Positions 37,310 through 49,364 of a stretch of DNA of 64,000 bases are shown here, one piece after another. The stretch lies in assembly GCA_030390025.1 (NCBI GenBank), contig CM059432.1, positions 140,680,001-140,744,000 on the forward strand. Direction: 5' to 3'. The position numbers were made by a program, and so were the translations under genes. The notes under the pieces are model-generated. The model did not search any database and was not told the origin of the DNA. It saw only the letters and a program-made list of their open reading frames with translations. Position 1 is the first letter of the stretch, and every line of letters starts with the position of its first letter. Source of the DNA: Squalus acanthias. Lineage: Eukaryota.

Positions 37310-37552
37310 GATATTGGCCAGGACACCGGGGAGAACTCCCCTGCTCTTCTACAAAATAGTGCCATGGGATCATTTACGTCCACCTGAGAGGACAGACGGG
37401 GCCTCAGTTTAACGTCTCATCCGCAAGACGGCACCTCCGACAGTGCAGCAATGCCTCAGCACTGCACTGGAGTGTCAGCCTAGATATTGTGCTCAAGTCT
37501 CTGGAGTGGGACTTGAACCCACAACCTCCTGACTCAGAGGCGAGAGTGCTAT
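37310..37552 (-). mobile_element. DeuSINE 5' half
   Basis: rc of head and core. Confidence 0.85.
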
Positions 37553-37560
37553 CTTACATT

Positions 37561-37580
37561 CATCCACTAGGTGGCGCACT
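37561..37580 (+). promoter_or_regulatory. Candidate CTCF site
   Basis: CCACTAGGTGGCGC (37564-37577) is a near-consensus CTCF core; motif only. Confidence 0.5.
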
Positions 37581-37954
37581 AACCAGCCTTCTACCGAGGT
37601 CAGGAGTCAGGTCCTGTGGCGTAGAAATTCAGATCTTTTTAATTCACTGGCAGTATTATTAAGGCTGCACATGGTGACACCACAAGTCCTGGCCAGAATA
37701 GAGATGAGTGCTTAATTCGCCTGTTAATCACACTCCGCTTACAACTAATTGGCTGTCACAACGGTCAATATTCACTCCATTTATTAATTTGTCGTTATAC
37801 ACAGCATCAGGTCTCCCCACACTCTATTGGCCCACGCATCTGTTGAATGTGCCAGTGACAGAAATGAGAGGGTTCTGAGGAGGTGGCAACTATCCCAAGA
37901 GGCCACAGTGGAAGGTGAAAGGGGCTGTACGGTGCTGGGGATACTGGGATAGAT

Positions 37955-38250
37955 ATAGGGACATGACCTTAAAATTAGAGCCAGGCCGTTCAGGGGTGAT
38001 GTCAGGAAGCACTTCTTCACACAAAGGGCAGTGGAAATCTGGAACTCTCTCCCCCAAAAAGCTGTTGAGACTGAGGCGGTCAATTGAAAACTTCAAAACT
38101 GAGATTGATAGATTTTTGTTAGGTAAGGATATTGAAGGTTACAGAACCAAGGCAAGTAGATGGAGGTAAGATACAGATCAGCCATGATGTAATCAAATGG
38201 TGGAATAGGATCGAGAGGTTGAATGGCCTCCTCTTGCTCCTATATTCCTG
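37955..38250 (+). mobile_element. CR1 3' fragment
   Basis: FKTEIDRFLLGK; CR1 tail. Confidence 0.82.
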
Positions 38251-38357
38251 GATTTGCCTCCGTTAATTGCATTCTTTTGTTGTCTCTTTCTAGAGAGAGA
38301 GTGAGAACTACACAATACTGGCAGCAGCAACTGCAGACAGCGGAGTAGGCTAGCGAT

Positions 38358-38401
38358 GGAGAGAGGGAGAGACAGAGACAGAGAGACAGAGGCAAAGAGA
38401 C

Positions 38402-38434
<33 letters not shown>

Positions 38435-38851
38435 CAGACAGACAGAGCGAGAGACAGACAGAGAAAGACAGACAGAAACAGAGGGAGACAGAGAGAGAAA
38501 GATAGAGGCAAAGAGACAGAGAGACAGAGACAGAGAGAGACAGACAGACAGAGCGAGAGACAGACAGAGAAAGACAGACAGAAACAGAGGGAGACAGAGA
38601 GAAAGACAGAGGCAAAGAGACAGAGAGACAGAGACAGAGAGAGACAGACAGACAGAGAGAGCAAGAGACAGAGAAAGACAGACAGAGACAGAAGGAGACA
38701 GAGCGAGGAAGACACAGAGAGGAAGAGAGACAGGGGGAGAGAGAGACAGAGAGAGTCAGAGAGAAAGACAGACAGACAGACAGAGAAAGACATAGAGCGA
38801 GTCAGACAGAGAGAGAGCGAGACAGAGAGAAACAGAGAAAGAGAGAGAGAC
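38358..38851. repeat. Compound (AG)n/(AGAC)n microsatellite
   Basis: Direct reading; contains internally repeated blocks of about 110 bp. Confidence 0.95.
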
Positions 38852-39869
38852 TTGGGACAGGAACTTTGGCATTTATTAATCTGGCCTAGGCCAGTATTTG
38901 AGCGCTGACCATAAGGTTAGGGGTGGGTGGGCTGCGGGTTGTATTACGAGTACTCTGGAAGAGATATGTCGAGCCAAGCAGGCAGCTCCGCAATAACGGG
39001 CAGTGACAGCATTCGGTGGCAGCAGAACACCGGGATGTCTAGGTAGCAGCAAACATGTAATTTACCAGGAGAAATCCCCCAGCAGAAAGGTTTTGATAAT
39101 ATCACTGAATGGCTCTGAATCCCTGTAAGCAATACCCTTGAGAAGTGGATAAAACACTGTAGCAAACTATTCACTCAACAGGAATTGGCTGCACCAGAGG
39201 GGGGAAATATTCCCCGTTCCTTCCTTCCTTTTTCCCATAAAAGAGAGCTTTTGGTTGGTAGCTTAAAGGACATTTGACCAAACGCAGCAAAGGCACCTCT
39301 GTAATCCCATCTGGTTTCAGGCCAATTATCAGAAGTAAGGAACGATCCCTGGAGACAAGTTTCGAAGATGAAACTCTCGAGAACTTTTTCTTTCCCGCGC
39401 CCCCCCCCCCGACCAATCCCCACCTGCAGAGTCTTCGTTCTCTGCCCTTGATTAAAGTACTCCAGAGAAAGGAAGGCGTATTACTTTACTACTTCCTAAT
39501 TGTTGCAGGTTTCTTCCTGATCGTAGCTTCCGAGAGGACAGCAAGAAAAAAAGCAAAGTCTTGGTGGTTTCTAAAAAGAGGTGGTGGGGGAAATAAAGGC
39601 TCTTTGAAGAAAACACCAGTCGGCATCCCACTGAGCTGAGTGAACAGAGAAGATTATCCTGCTTGTGAAACTGCATCTTGGCCGCTCACCCTCAGCAGGC
39701 GAAGCAGAGTCATGGCGGAGTGCAGCCAATTGGGTATTGCCTTAATGCCACCGTTAGTCGCTGGCCCCGAGGGGAACAAAGAGGAAGCCCGTCACTTGTA
39801 CGAGAGTTCCACTGCGTGACTGTGTCCTAGAGTTCGATATGCGTTTCCTCTATAAGCAGCTGCTAAGTA

Positions 39870-40840
39870 AGAGAAAGAAAGAACTTGCATTTATATAGCG
39901 CCTTAGGACCTCAGGATGACCTCAAAACGCTTTACAGCCAATGGAATACTTTTTTAAAGATGTAATCACTGTTATAATGGAGGGAAACGCGGCAGCGAAT
40001 TTTGCGCACAGCAAGCTCCCACCAACAGCAACGAGGTAATGACCAGATAATCTGTTTTTTAGCCATTTAATGATGCCTTTGTTACCTCCAGACTTGGCTA
40101 TTCCAACACACTCCTGGCTGGCCTCCCACATTCCACCCTACGTAAACTTTGAGGTCATCCAAAACTCGGCTGCCCGTGTCCTAACTCGCACCAAGTCCCG
40201 TTCGCCCATCACCCCCTGTGCTCGCTGACCTACATTGGCTCCCGGTTAAGCAGCGCCTCGATTTCAAAATTCTCATCCTTGTTTTCAAATCCCTCCATGG
40301 CCTCGCCCTTTCCTATCTCTGTAACCTCCTTTAGCCCCACAACCCCCCCCCCCCGAGATATCTGCGTTCCTCTAATTCTGCCCTCTTGAGCATCCCTGAT
40401 TATAATCGCTCAACCATTGGTGGCCGTGCCTTCTGTTGCCTAGGCCCTAAGCTCTGGAATTCCCTCCCTAAACCTCTCAGCCTCTCTACCTCTCTCTCCT
40501 CCTTTAAGACGCTCCTTAAAACCTACCTCATTGACCAAGCTTTTGGTCACCTGCCCTAATTTATCCTCATGTGGATCGGTGTCAAATTTTTTGTCTTAAA
40601 ATATTCCTGTGAAGCGCCTTGGGACGTTTTACTACGTTAAAGGCGCTATATAAATACAAGTTGTTGTTGTTGTTGATTGAGGGATAAACATTGGCCCCAG
40701 GACACAGGGAGAACTCCCCTGCTCTTCTTCGAAATAGTGGCTGTGGGATCTTTTACATCCACATGAGAGAGTTTTCAGTTTAACGAGTCATCCGAAAGAC
40801 AGCACCTCTGACAGTGCAGCACTCCCTCAGTACTGCACTG
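39870..40840 (-). mobile_element. DeuSINE split by an L2 (39870-40062 and 40677-40840)
   Basis: The two halves join into a continuous DeuSINE. Confidence 0.83.
40075..40676 (+). mobile_element. L2 3' fragment
   Basis: L2 ORF2 end and (TTG)n tail. Confidence 0.9.
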
Positions 40841-41651
40841 ACACGGCAAATACTCAGTGTCTTCCTTTGAATTGCAGTCAGACTAACAACTATTATGTAC
40901 GTCACAGGGAAGCATTGGGCGGGTTCACTTTGACTTCGGACGGTAGTGTAAAACTGGTGATATCGGCCCGGCCCCCCCCCCCCACCCCGTTAAGCACATC
41001 TCGCCAATTGAAGTCAGCGGAATCGAACATCGGGGCGAGGTGTTTATCGGGGTGGGAGGGAGGGGGGGGCGGCTGCTTTTGCCCGTTTTACACTATCGCC
41101 CAAAATCAGAATTACCCCCATTGAATATTCTGCCTGTGGCGCTCACTGGGGGCAATTTTAACTTTGTCCGTTGGTGTGAAACCGGTGATTTGGAATTAGC
41201 CGCTCGTTCTACACCGCGCCCCATTTTCCTATCCATTGAAGTCTCTGGGCCATATCAAGGTTTCTCGTGTCAACACTCTGACCATACATGCAAAGCAAGG
41301 CTTCATGTCCAGGTGGTATCTGGTCATGGAAATATCATTATGGACATCGATGACTGTCATCCAGCGAGTAGCGACAAGGCCATCAGTAAGCGGCAGTCGG
41401 TGCTGGTACTGCAGTTTTGGAAGGAGACGAAGCACTAGGGAAGGAATGGCTCTCGGCAGACTGTGTGTACCCATGGCTGCAGCGGCCAATCACCTATCAA
41501 CATAGAGCTGCCCTGTGACGGAAGCCTGGATTTGCAGACCCAAGCTCTCCTAATCCACCTGCAAGAGAAAAGTGAGAATCAGCTTTGACAGAATGAAAAA
41601 CAGGTAATGGTTGTGCAGCTGCCAGTGGGTGTGGGAGTTCCCATCTTCATG

Positions 41652-42160
41652 TCAGCCGTGGCTCAGTGGGCAACACTCTCGCCTCTGAGTCAGAAGGTCG
41701 TGGGTTCCAAATCCCACTCCAGACACTTGAGCATAAAAATCTAGGCTGACACTCCCAGTGCAGTGCTGAGGGAGCTGCTGCACTGTCGGAGGTGCCGTCT
41801 TTTTGTTATTCTGTCTCAGTGGGGAGCACTCTCGCCTCTGACATCAGAAGGTTGTGGGTTCGAATCCTACTCCAGAGCGCATTAATCCTAGGCTGACACT
41901 CCCCATGCAGTACTGAGGGAGTGCTGCACTGTCTTTCGGATGAGACATTAAAACGAGGCCCAGCCTGCCCTCTCAGGTGGATGTAAAAGATCCCCTAGCA
42001 CTATTTCGAACAAGAGCAGAGGAGTTCTCCCCGGTGTCCTGGACAATATTTATCACTAAAAACAGATTATCTGGTCATTCACATTTCCGTTTGTGGGAGC
42101 TTGCTGTGCGCAAATTGGCTGCTGTGTTTCCTACATTACACTTTGAAAAATGCTTTCTTT
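41652..42160 (+). mobile_element. DeuSINE with two tandem heads
   Basis: Head plus partial core at 41652-41800, then a second head at about 41812 with the body. Confidence 0.8.
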
Positions 42161-43140
42161 TTGCTTTCTTTTTTCGGTCTGTGACGTGTTTGATGGGCTT
42201 CACAAGAAAGGCATGCTGCTGTGAGGAGTGCACATACCGTAGCTTTCCTCCTGACATCAGCTAACTTCTTCTTCACTTTCAGGGATCTGGGTGGACTGCA
42301 TGGACACGACCAACCCTCAATGCAGCTTGTCGGGGGGTCTTGCGACAGTGGGACCTCCAATTCTTCAGCATCCAAGGGAGCCATGTTGTCCACCTATTTC
42401 TGTTGGGCCATTTTGATCAACGTCATTGTCCCCCACCACAACGTGCCCTTTCAAAGGCTAGCTACATAGCTCCCCAGAAGCTGTGCCACAGCTGGATTTT
42501 CCCCCTAATCCCCCCCAAACCAAGTGTGCTTCAATCCAGACTCACTGAGGGAAAGCTCTTCTTGGGACCTGTCGTCTATTCGAATTAAGGGGGAATCAAG
42601 GATTCTCATTGAGAACTTGGACAAAGCCAAACCTTTTGCTCTGTAGGTGCAAACAAGCCTGTGCACAATCTCGTTTTTCCCATTACTGGAAACCGACTCT
42701 AGATCCGGAGTCAGGGCTGATATGACGGAAAATGGAATGAGACTCCTTGGAGGAGCTAGTTTCACTTCACTTCACTCCTGATCAGATTGGCCTTTAATTC
42801 CGATTACACTGCACAAGTCTAGCGTTGGTGTAAAAACAGAAATCGCTTCACACCCTATCTAAACTTCTGGTGTAAATGTACCTTAAGTCATCATCCCTCT
42901 TAATGTGACTCGAAGAAGTAGATTATACGAACAGGAGGAGGCCATTCAGCCCCTTGAGCCTGTTCTGCCATTCAATTAGATCATGGCTGATCTGTATCTT
43001 AACTCCATTTACCCGTGGTTCTGTAACCCTTAATGCCCTTACCTAGCAGATATTTAATCAACAAAAGCAAATCTGGAATAAAAACAGAAAATGCTGGAAA
43101 CACTCAGCAGGTCAGGCAGCATCTGTGGAGAGCGAAACAG

Positions 43141-43183
43141 AGTTAACGTTTCAGGTCATCTTTCAGGACCTTTCATCAGAACT
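43141..43183 (-). ncRNA. Minimal type I hammerhead ribozyme motif
   Basis: Minus strand AGUU-CUGAUGA-A-AGGUC-(9 nt)-GACCU-GAA-ACGU-U-AACU: intact core, stems I and II, palindromic ACGU in place of stem III. Confidence 0.7.
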
Positions 43184-43245
43184 GGAAAAAGAGATGTAAC
43201 AGGTTTTAAGTAAGTGCAGAGGCAGGGAAACAGTGGGAGAGGAGG

Positions 43246-43558
43246 ATAGAAACATAGAATCTAGGAGCAGGAGTAGGCCATTCGGCCCGTCGAGCCTGCT
43301 CCACCATTCAATACGATCATGGCTGATCATCCAAATCCAGTACCCTGTTTTAATCCCCACAGTACACATATCCCACCCTACCCCCGTAACCCCACGTATT
43401 TAATTCCCCCTAACATATCCCATCCTATCCCCATAACCCCACATATTTAATCCCCCCCTAACACTAAGGGTCAATTTATCACAGCCAAATCAACCTAACC
43501 CGCACATTTTTGGACTGTGGGAGGCACCAGTGCTAACCACTATGCCACCGTGCTGCCC
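43246..43558 (-). mobile_element. V-SINE variant with alternative CR1 tail and internal deletion
   Basis: Near-identical to 27235-27527; the 5' end GGGCAGCACGGTGGCATAGTGG is joined directly to CCTCCCACAGTCC. Confidence 0.8.
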
Positions 43559-45425
43559 AGACAAAAGGGAAGGTCTGTGATAGGTTGATTAAATGACAAA
43601 AGGGGATGATGGCGCGAGGCAAAAGGGGGTGGTAATGGGACAAGTAAAGAAACAAAAGATGGGGCTAAAGGAGGTGTAAATGGGAATAGCAGAATCATTA
43701 CCAGCACCTGCTGTCCGATAAATGGGAGCGTGGGGTTATGATCTAAAATTGTTGAAATCGATGGTTGTAAAGTGCCTCATTGAACGATGAGGTGCTGTTC
43801 CTCCATCTATCAACGTTAGTTTTGAAATTTTCAATTGACATTCCCCCCCAGCCTCAACAGCTTTTTTGGGGGAGCGAGAGTCCCAGATTTCCACTCCCCT
43901 TTGTGTGAAGAAGTGCTTCCTGACATCGCCCCTGAGCAGCCTGGCTCTAATTTTAATGATTTGGACCAATGCGTGGGGGCGGGTTGAGTTTTCTAATTGA
44001 TCAGATCACCGTGGGAAAGAAACTAGATATGCTGTCAAATCTGCCCAATGAAACTGCACCTCCCAGTGACTGAATCACAAGGTAATGAGGTAATTATTCA
44101 GTCATCTCAGCTGTTTCAACAAGGCTCAGTGGCGAAACGAGATTTGTAACCAGCACAGTGGTTTTTTTCTAATGCTGATCGGATTGTGGTGCTTTTTAAA
44201 AAAAAAAATCCCTCCTCCATTTTATGATGTGAGATTAGTCACTTTTTTAGAGGGGCAACGCAGGACAGTTCGAATCGCGCACACACACTTTAATACGGGG
44301 GGAGTAGGGGGTGGTAACTGGGGGGGGGGTTGCTGCTGACTGAGAGCATTGCAAAATCTGGTTCATTTCTGACTGCACTTCTTCCAATTGGCAATGATTT
44401 GTGATTTCACATCATGAAACATGGAGGTTTTTTTCCCCCGATCACATTGTGGAGAAAAGATTTCCCACACATAAAAGGATGGGAAAAGTAAAAAAACAAA
44501 ACGTTCTATCCTTTTCCTCCCCCGCTCAGGCCACCTGCTATTCCCCCAGGAATCCTGCTGGAAGATCTGTTTTGCATATGGTCCCAGGGAAGATATAAAA
44601 CGCTTTAAGATTTTTACCTCTGATTCTTGAACAGACGGAGCCAAATAATGATTGCGAACACAACTTTAGAATATGTCTTGCAGATAGAGTAAAACGGATG
44701 CAGCCTTCTGGTTTAGTTTGTGGTGTTAAAATGGGTCAAATCCAGCTGGGAAAAATAACAGAGTGTTACCAACACATGCCATTGTTAGCGCACAAATCTG
44801 CCAGCAAGTTCAGGTGATTAAGGGATACGCAGTGAGTGGTGAATCTCCAAAACATGTGGGTCGATTTACGTCGCTTCGCAGTTTGCTTTGCCCAAACGGC
44901 ATCTCGCCCTCAACCGCCACCCCCCCGACCCCCACCTGTTATTTTTAAGAACTTGCTGGATTTGCACATTAATTACCCATTAAACTCACCGCCGAGAGTT
45001 AGGGTTCATAATTAACAGCGTAAGTATCTTTTTAACAACATGATAATTGTTAATGCAATGCCAATTAACCTCTCTGGCCCAGAAATTGAACAATTTAAAC
45101 TGTTCAATCTCATTCCTGCAGGTAGTCAATTCTTCTTAGAGATTTAAAAAATTTTAATTTGACATTTTTTAATCTTACTTTTCCTTTCTCTCCCTTTTTT
45201 CTCTCTCTCTCTCTGAATCCAATCTTGCTTTCCCTCTCTTTGGCCGTGATTTTCTTCCTGGAGACCGGGTTGGCGTCGGGAACGGTACTGGGCGGGTTCC
45301 CGTCCCGCTGCTGGTTCCTGCCGGCCTGCTGATAGAATTTTTGGTTAATTAGGGCTTGTTAAGCCCGCCGAGTGGGTTACCCGCCCTCATCACAGGGTGC
45401 GGGTCTGGTCAGCTGATATGCTGAC

Positions 45426-45651
45426 TGATGTAAGAAATCTACTAGGCACTTGGTCTAAGCATTAAACAAAGCTTTAATCAACTGTTTTACAGCATGGAGA
45501 TCTAGTTGTCCTTCACTAGTTCCTGTTAATGAATGTCCTGAGCAAGCTGGGCCCATGCCCGAGTATTTATACTCTCCCTGGACAGCGCCACCAGCAGGCC
45601 GCCCAGTATTATGTCATAAGTCATTTCCCATGAATGACAAGATTCATGTCA
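45426..45651 (-). mobile_element. Solo LTR (226 bp), same family as 7647-7864
   Basis: TG...CA termini; perfect 5-bp TSD CTGAC. Confidence 0.87.
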
Positions 45652-45744
45652 CTGACACGCTTGCAGCCGGTGCATTTAAGGGGGCCATTTCCCCATTAGA
45701 TCGCAGGTCGTTTCTGGGGTTTCTGACTGCTGCTTCTCATCACG

Positions 45745-47647
45745 ATGTCTGCAGAGAAACAAAAGGCAGCTCCCCGCTTCAACGAGGACTCCCTCCGTGT
45801 TCTTGTGGAGGGAGTCAGAGGACGTCGGGAGGTCCTGTACCCATCTGATGGAAGAAGGAAACCTCCTCAGCAGACAAAGGCAGCCTGGCTGCGAATAGCT
45901 GAGGAGGTCAGTGCCAGGTCTGTGTATAGACGCACCTGGGTCCAATGCAGGAAAAGGTTCTATGATCTCCTGCGTTCTGGAAAAGTGAGTATAAAAGCTC
46001 ACTTACCTTAATTCTGCTGTGCCTGTCATCACATCCCCATCACTCTGCATTGCTAACCCTACTCCTGCACATCCTGACTCAACCTAACATCCCTTGCACC
46101 ATCACCCATCCCTCTCTCCCTATGCACAGATTCACTTCCCCATCTTACTATGCACCCCTCACACCCACCCTCAAGGTTATGTACTGACAACAACTAACAA
46201 CTCAAAAGAGGGAACTTCATTATGGGAACCCACTCCATCACAGTCTCCCTCTAAACATCTATCGTATCCATTCTTCACATTCTCACTGAAACTCCACTTC
46301 TTTCCCTCATTGCAGGAAAAGAGAGCCCACAATAAGAGGGAGAGGGAGAGAGCAGGAGGAGGACCACCATCCTTATCATAGCTGACCAACGCTGAGGAGG
46401 CCGCTCTGGAAATTGTGGGATCAGAGGAACAGCTCGAAGTGGGGGATGGAGAGATGGGCTCAGTTGAACAACCTGGGACAGAATGCTTCCCATCCATCTT
46501 ATTTGGCTTTCACGAGTGACACATATGGCATCTGATGTCATTAGAAATGGAATGCTCATCATTTGCACAATGAGATGTGTCTGCAACCTACATCTCAAAT
46601 GTCTAACTCATGTCTTCACTCTCCCACAGGACCATCAAGAGCCGCTCTCCCTGCTGCCCAGGAGGAAGAGCCAGAGGACTCCTCAGAGGATGCTGCATCC
46701 TCTGAGGGAGCAGCGTCAGCAGAAATGAGCGCACCTAGCACCAGCGCAGAGACGCACACCACGGTGGGTCATTCACGAGTTAGAGTAGTGTTGTCACCTG
46801 GTGTATCACAGCTCACGAGTGAGCAAGAGCAGATGGTGGAGACAGGGACAGCAGTGGAGAGTCCTCGTCGGAGGCCACAGGATGCTCCTAGCTCTGCTCA
46901 GCTGCATGCAGACGCTGTGCCTCTGGGGCCATCCAGAAAGAAAGCGGTGCTGGAGTTTCAGGAACAAGTGCAGGAGACTCTGACTGGGTTTGCAACCATG
47001 GTGATTGCGAGTGTGCAGAGAATGGAGGAGTCCATCTCAAACATGAGCAATGCCATGGTGCACGCAATGGCGAATGTAGGTCCCGCCATGGAAAGAATGG
47101 CAACCTCCATGGAGGACATAAATCGCCAGACGCAAATGAACATGGTGACTCTTCTAAATAGATGGTCTGCTATGGAGGATAAATGAGCATCTATCGTGGA
47201 GAGGAGCCAGAGGTACATGGACATCCCCATTATGAGGACTGTCAGTACAGAGATGGGTCCTCATGGTCTCACTGATGTGCAGCAAGGTGCTCTCCAGCTA
47301 CTTGCTAGCAGAGAAGTGCGGGTGGCCCATGAGATGGATGATGGTGGGAGGCGACATGCAAGTGGGGTTCTCCTCTCCAAGCGCTCCAACTTCCATCCCC
47401 TTGCCAACCCCTCAGTCAGAGCCCCAGATGACTGCTGGAGCAGTGATGGCCGAGTCTGCCCCTGTGCAGCCGCAGGAGGAGCAGCCTTTGGCGGGGCCTT
47501 CAAAGGCTCCAAAACCCAGAGGACGACCGCCAAAGGCGTCTAAGCAGGCGCAGCAGGGAAGGTGAGCAGGCTGCCTCTACATCTGCTGAAGCCACAGGGG
47601 TAGCGCAATGTAGAAGCACGCGTAAGAGAAAGTTAACACACAAATGA
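45745..47647 (+). pseudogene. Three-exon Harbinger Myb/SANT-like DNA-binding protein pseudogene (exons 45745-45984, 46316-46475, 46630 to about 47647)
   Basis: APRFNEDSLRVLVEGV...AWLRIAEEV...RTWVQCRKRFYDL; exon phases compatible (0, 1); in-frame stops at 46379 and 47184; exon-2 donor GT lost; late frameshifts; AATAAA at 47714. Confidence 0.82.
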
Positions 47648-49364
47648 TCACAAGGGTACTCACTTGGGTGTTCTGGTAGAATTCAGTGTTAAGTTATTCT
47701 TTTATTATGTTGGAATAAATTAATCTTGTATGAACGTTTGACATCGTTGCCATGTGTGTGATCCTAATTTGAGGTGGCACAGTGAAGGGTGAGGGTGCCT
47801 TTTATGTCCAACAATGCAGGTGACAGTGGATATAGAGTTAACAACAGACACTTACAGCCTCAAGACAGTCTCCCAGATGGTGAAATCAGCAACCTCTGAC
47901 ATCTGAAATTGAGCAGATTTGAGAGTGCAGCTGTGTGAAGTTTCCAGCTCGTTGGTCTTCCCGACACACTTACCTGGCGTGATCTCCGAACGTCGTGAAG
48001 CCCGATACAAATGTTGGAAAATTGCAAAAGGCTCCCAAAATTGCAGTTAACAAGCACTTAATGAGGAGTTAAGCACCTAAATCCTGACCTGCCGCTTGGT
48101 GTTGTGAAATCACAGCCCCGACACTCTTGAAACTCACACGGAGGCAGGTTCGCGGTTGGTTCAACCCGCCGTCAATCATTGCGACTTTAACAACTGACCC
48201 GCCTCCAAACCCGCCCCCTGGGCGCCGGCAAAACCGCGGCCAATCATTTCGCTTTCTGTACCTGACTTGACTCTAATTCGCCCAATTTCCTTCTCCGCCG
48301 TTCCTCCGTTTCTTCCTCAGTTCTTAAATCTCACTGGTTAAGGAGATGGACTGTTGGTCCCGTCGTTCACCGAGGTCCCAGATGCCCCGTTATCAGCTCG
48401 CACTCCCAGCAGGTTACGGTGCAAATTATATTCAAATTGAAGGGTGAGGAGAAACAATCATTCTTTCCGGCACGAGTTAAACGTGGCCTTTTTAACAAGC
48501 AGTTGCAGCCCGCCTCAGTGGCTGCAATGGCGCCTGATATCCCACTCTTGAATCTGCGAGCGCCCCGTTAACCGGAAAACTGCACAAAGGGAAGCTCACA
48601 AGCCATACATAATTAGGCCCAACTTCCAGAAGGTTCATCGGAGGGGGGGGGAGGGGTGGGGGGGGAGGTGAGGTGTTCATGCCTGTGCTACTCGGATAGC
48701 CACAAAACCCAGGCCGTAAGCTTCCCTCACGGCCTGTGACCAATTGGGCCCCAGTGGTCTTAAGTGGCTCGGAGCACATAACCAGGCACAAGGATTCATT
48801 CTGTTACACCAGGCCGCAGGGAAAATACGGCAGATTTTTCCGTCTCACGTAATGAATAGCAGAAGTAGGACTGAAAGGGAGACAGAGGTGATGGAGGAAG
48901 AAACTTAATCCTGGAATCGACTGTAGATGAAAGTCTCCCTTCTTTCTGACAGCTCTAATTGTCCAAAATGAAATGGGTTTGGACAGCCCTGACGGAGCTC
49001 TGAGTTGACACAAATTCAGAGCACACAACTGCCAGTAATTTGGCACTAATTTGATAAACTCTCCTGGGGGGGGCCCCATAAGACTGGGGTTGCGGTGTTG
49101 TCTTGATTGTGGGTGGAAGAGAATGTTCTAAGCCTGGAGTTAAGGACAAGTGATTTCGCGCAGCAAGACACCCCATAATCATTTCTTGTGAATTACTATA
49201 CTTAATGCCCCACTACCATAGCAGTGCATTAAAAAACGTCCGGGGAGGAGGAGTGGGGGGGGGGGGGGGGTGATGGGGGTGGGGGGTGCGTTGTGGTGGC
49301 AAGTGAAAATGCTGTTTTCTGAGCAGATATAAGTGATAAATTATGTTTGTCAATGAGATAAAAG

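Larger units (their letters stand above)
43060..43805 (-). mobile_element. Penelope-like element fragment, inserted in a CR1 3' end (42925-43060 / 43805-43960) and interrupted by a SINE
   Basis: Same terminal repeat as at 36735; carries a hammerhead motif. The PLE assignment is inferred. Confidence 0.6.
45242..48241 (+). mobile_element. PIF/Harbinger-type non-autonomous element (3.0 kb), inserted in an older repeat
   Basis: TIR GGCCGTGATTTT / AAAACCGCGGCC (10/12 match); carries a Myb/SANT gene; no TSD resolved. Confidence 0.8.

Noticed and set aside
38193..38793. Ser/Leu-rich ORFs
   Set aside because: Translations of the (AG)n/(AGAC)n microsatellite
39712..39820. Short ORF MAECSQLG... with a good Kozak context
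   Set aside because: Only 35 codons, with no recognisable homology or splice support
45745..46011. Functional host MSANTD/NAIF1-like gene
   Set aside because: Lies within TIRs and has in-frame stops, a lost splice donor and frameshifts downstream
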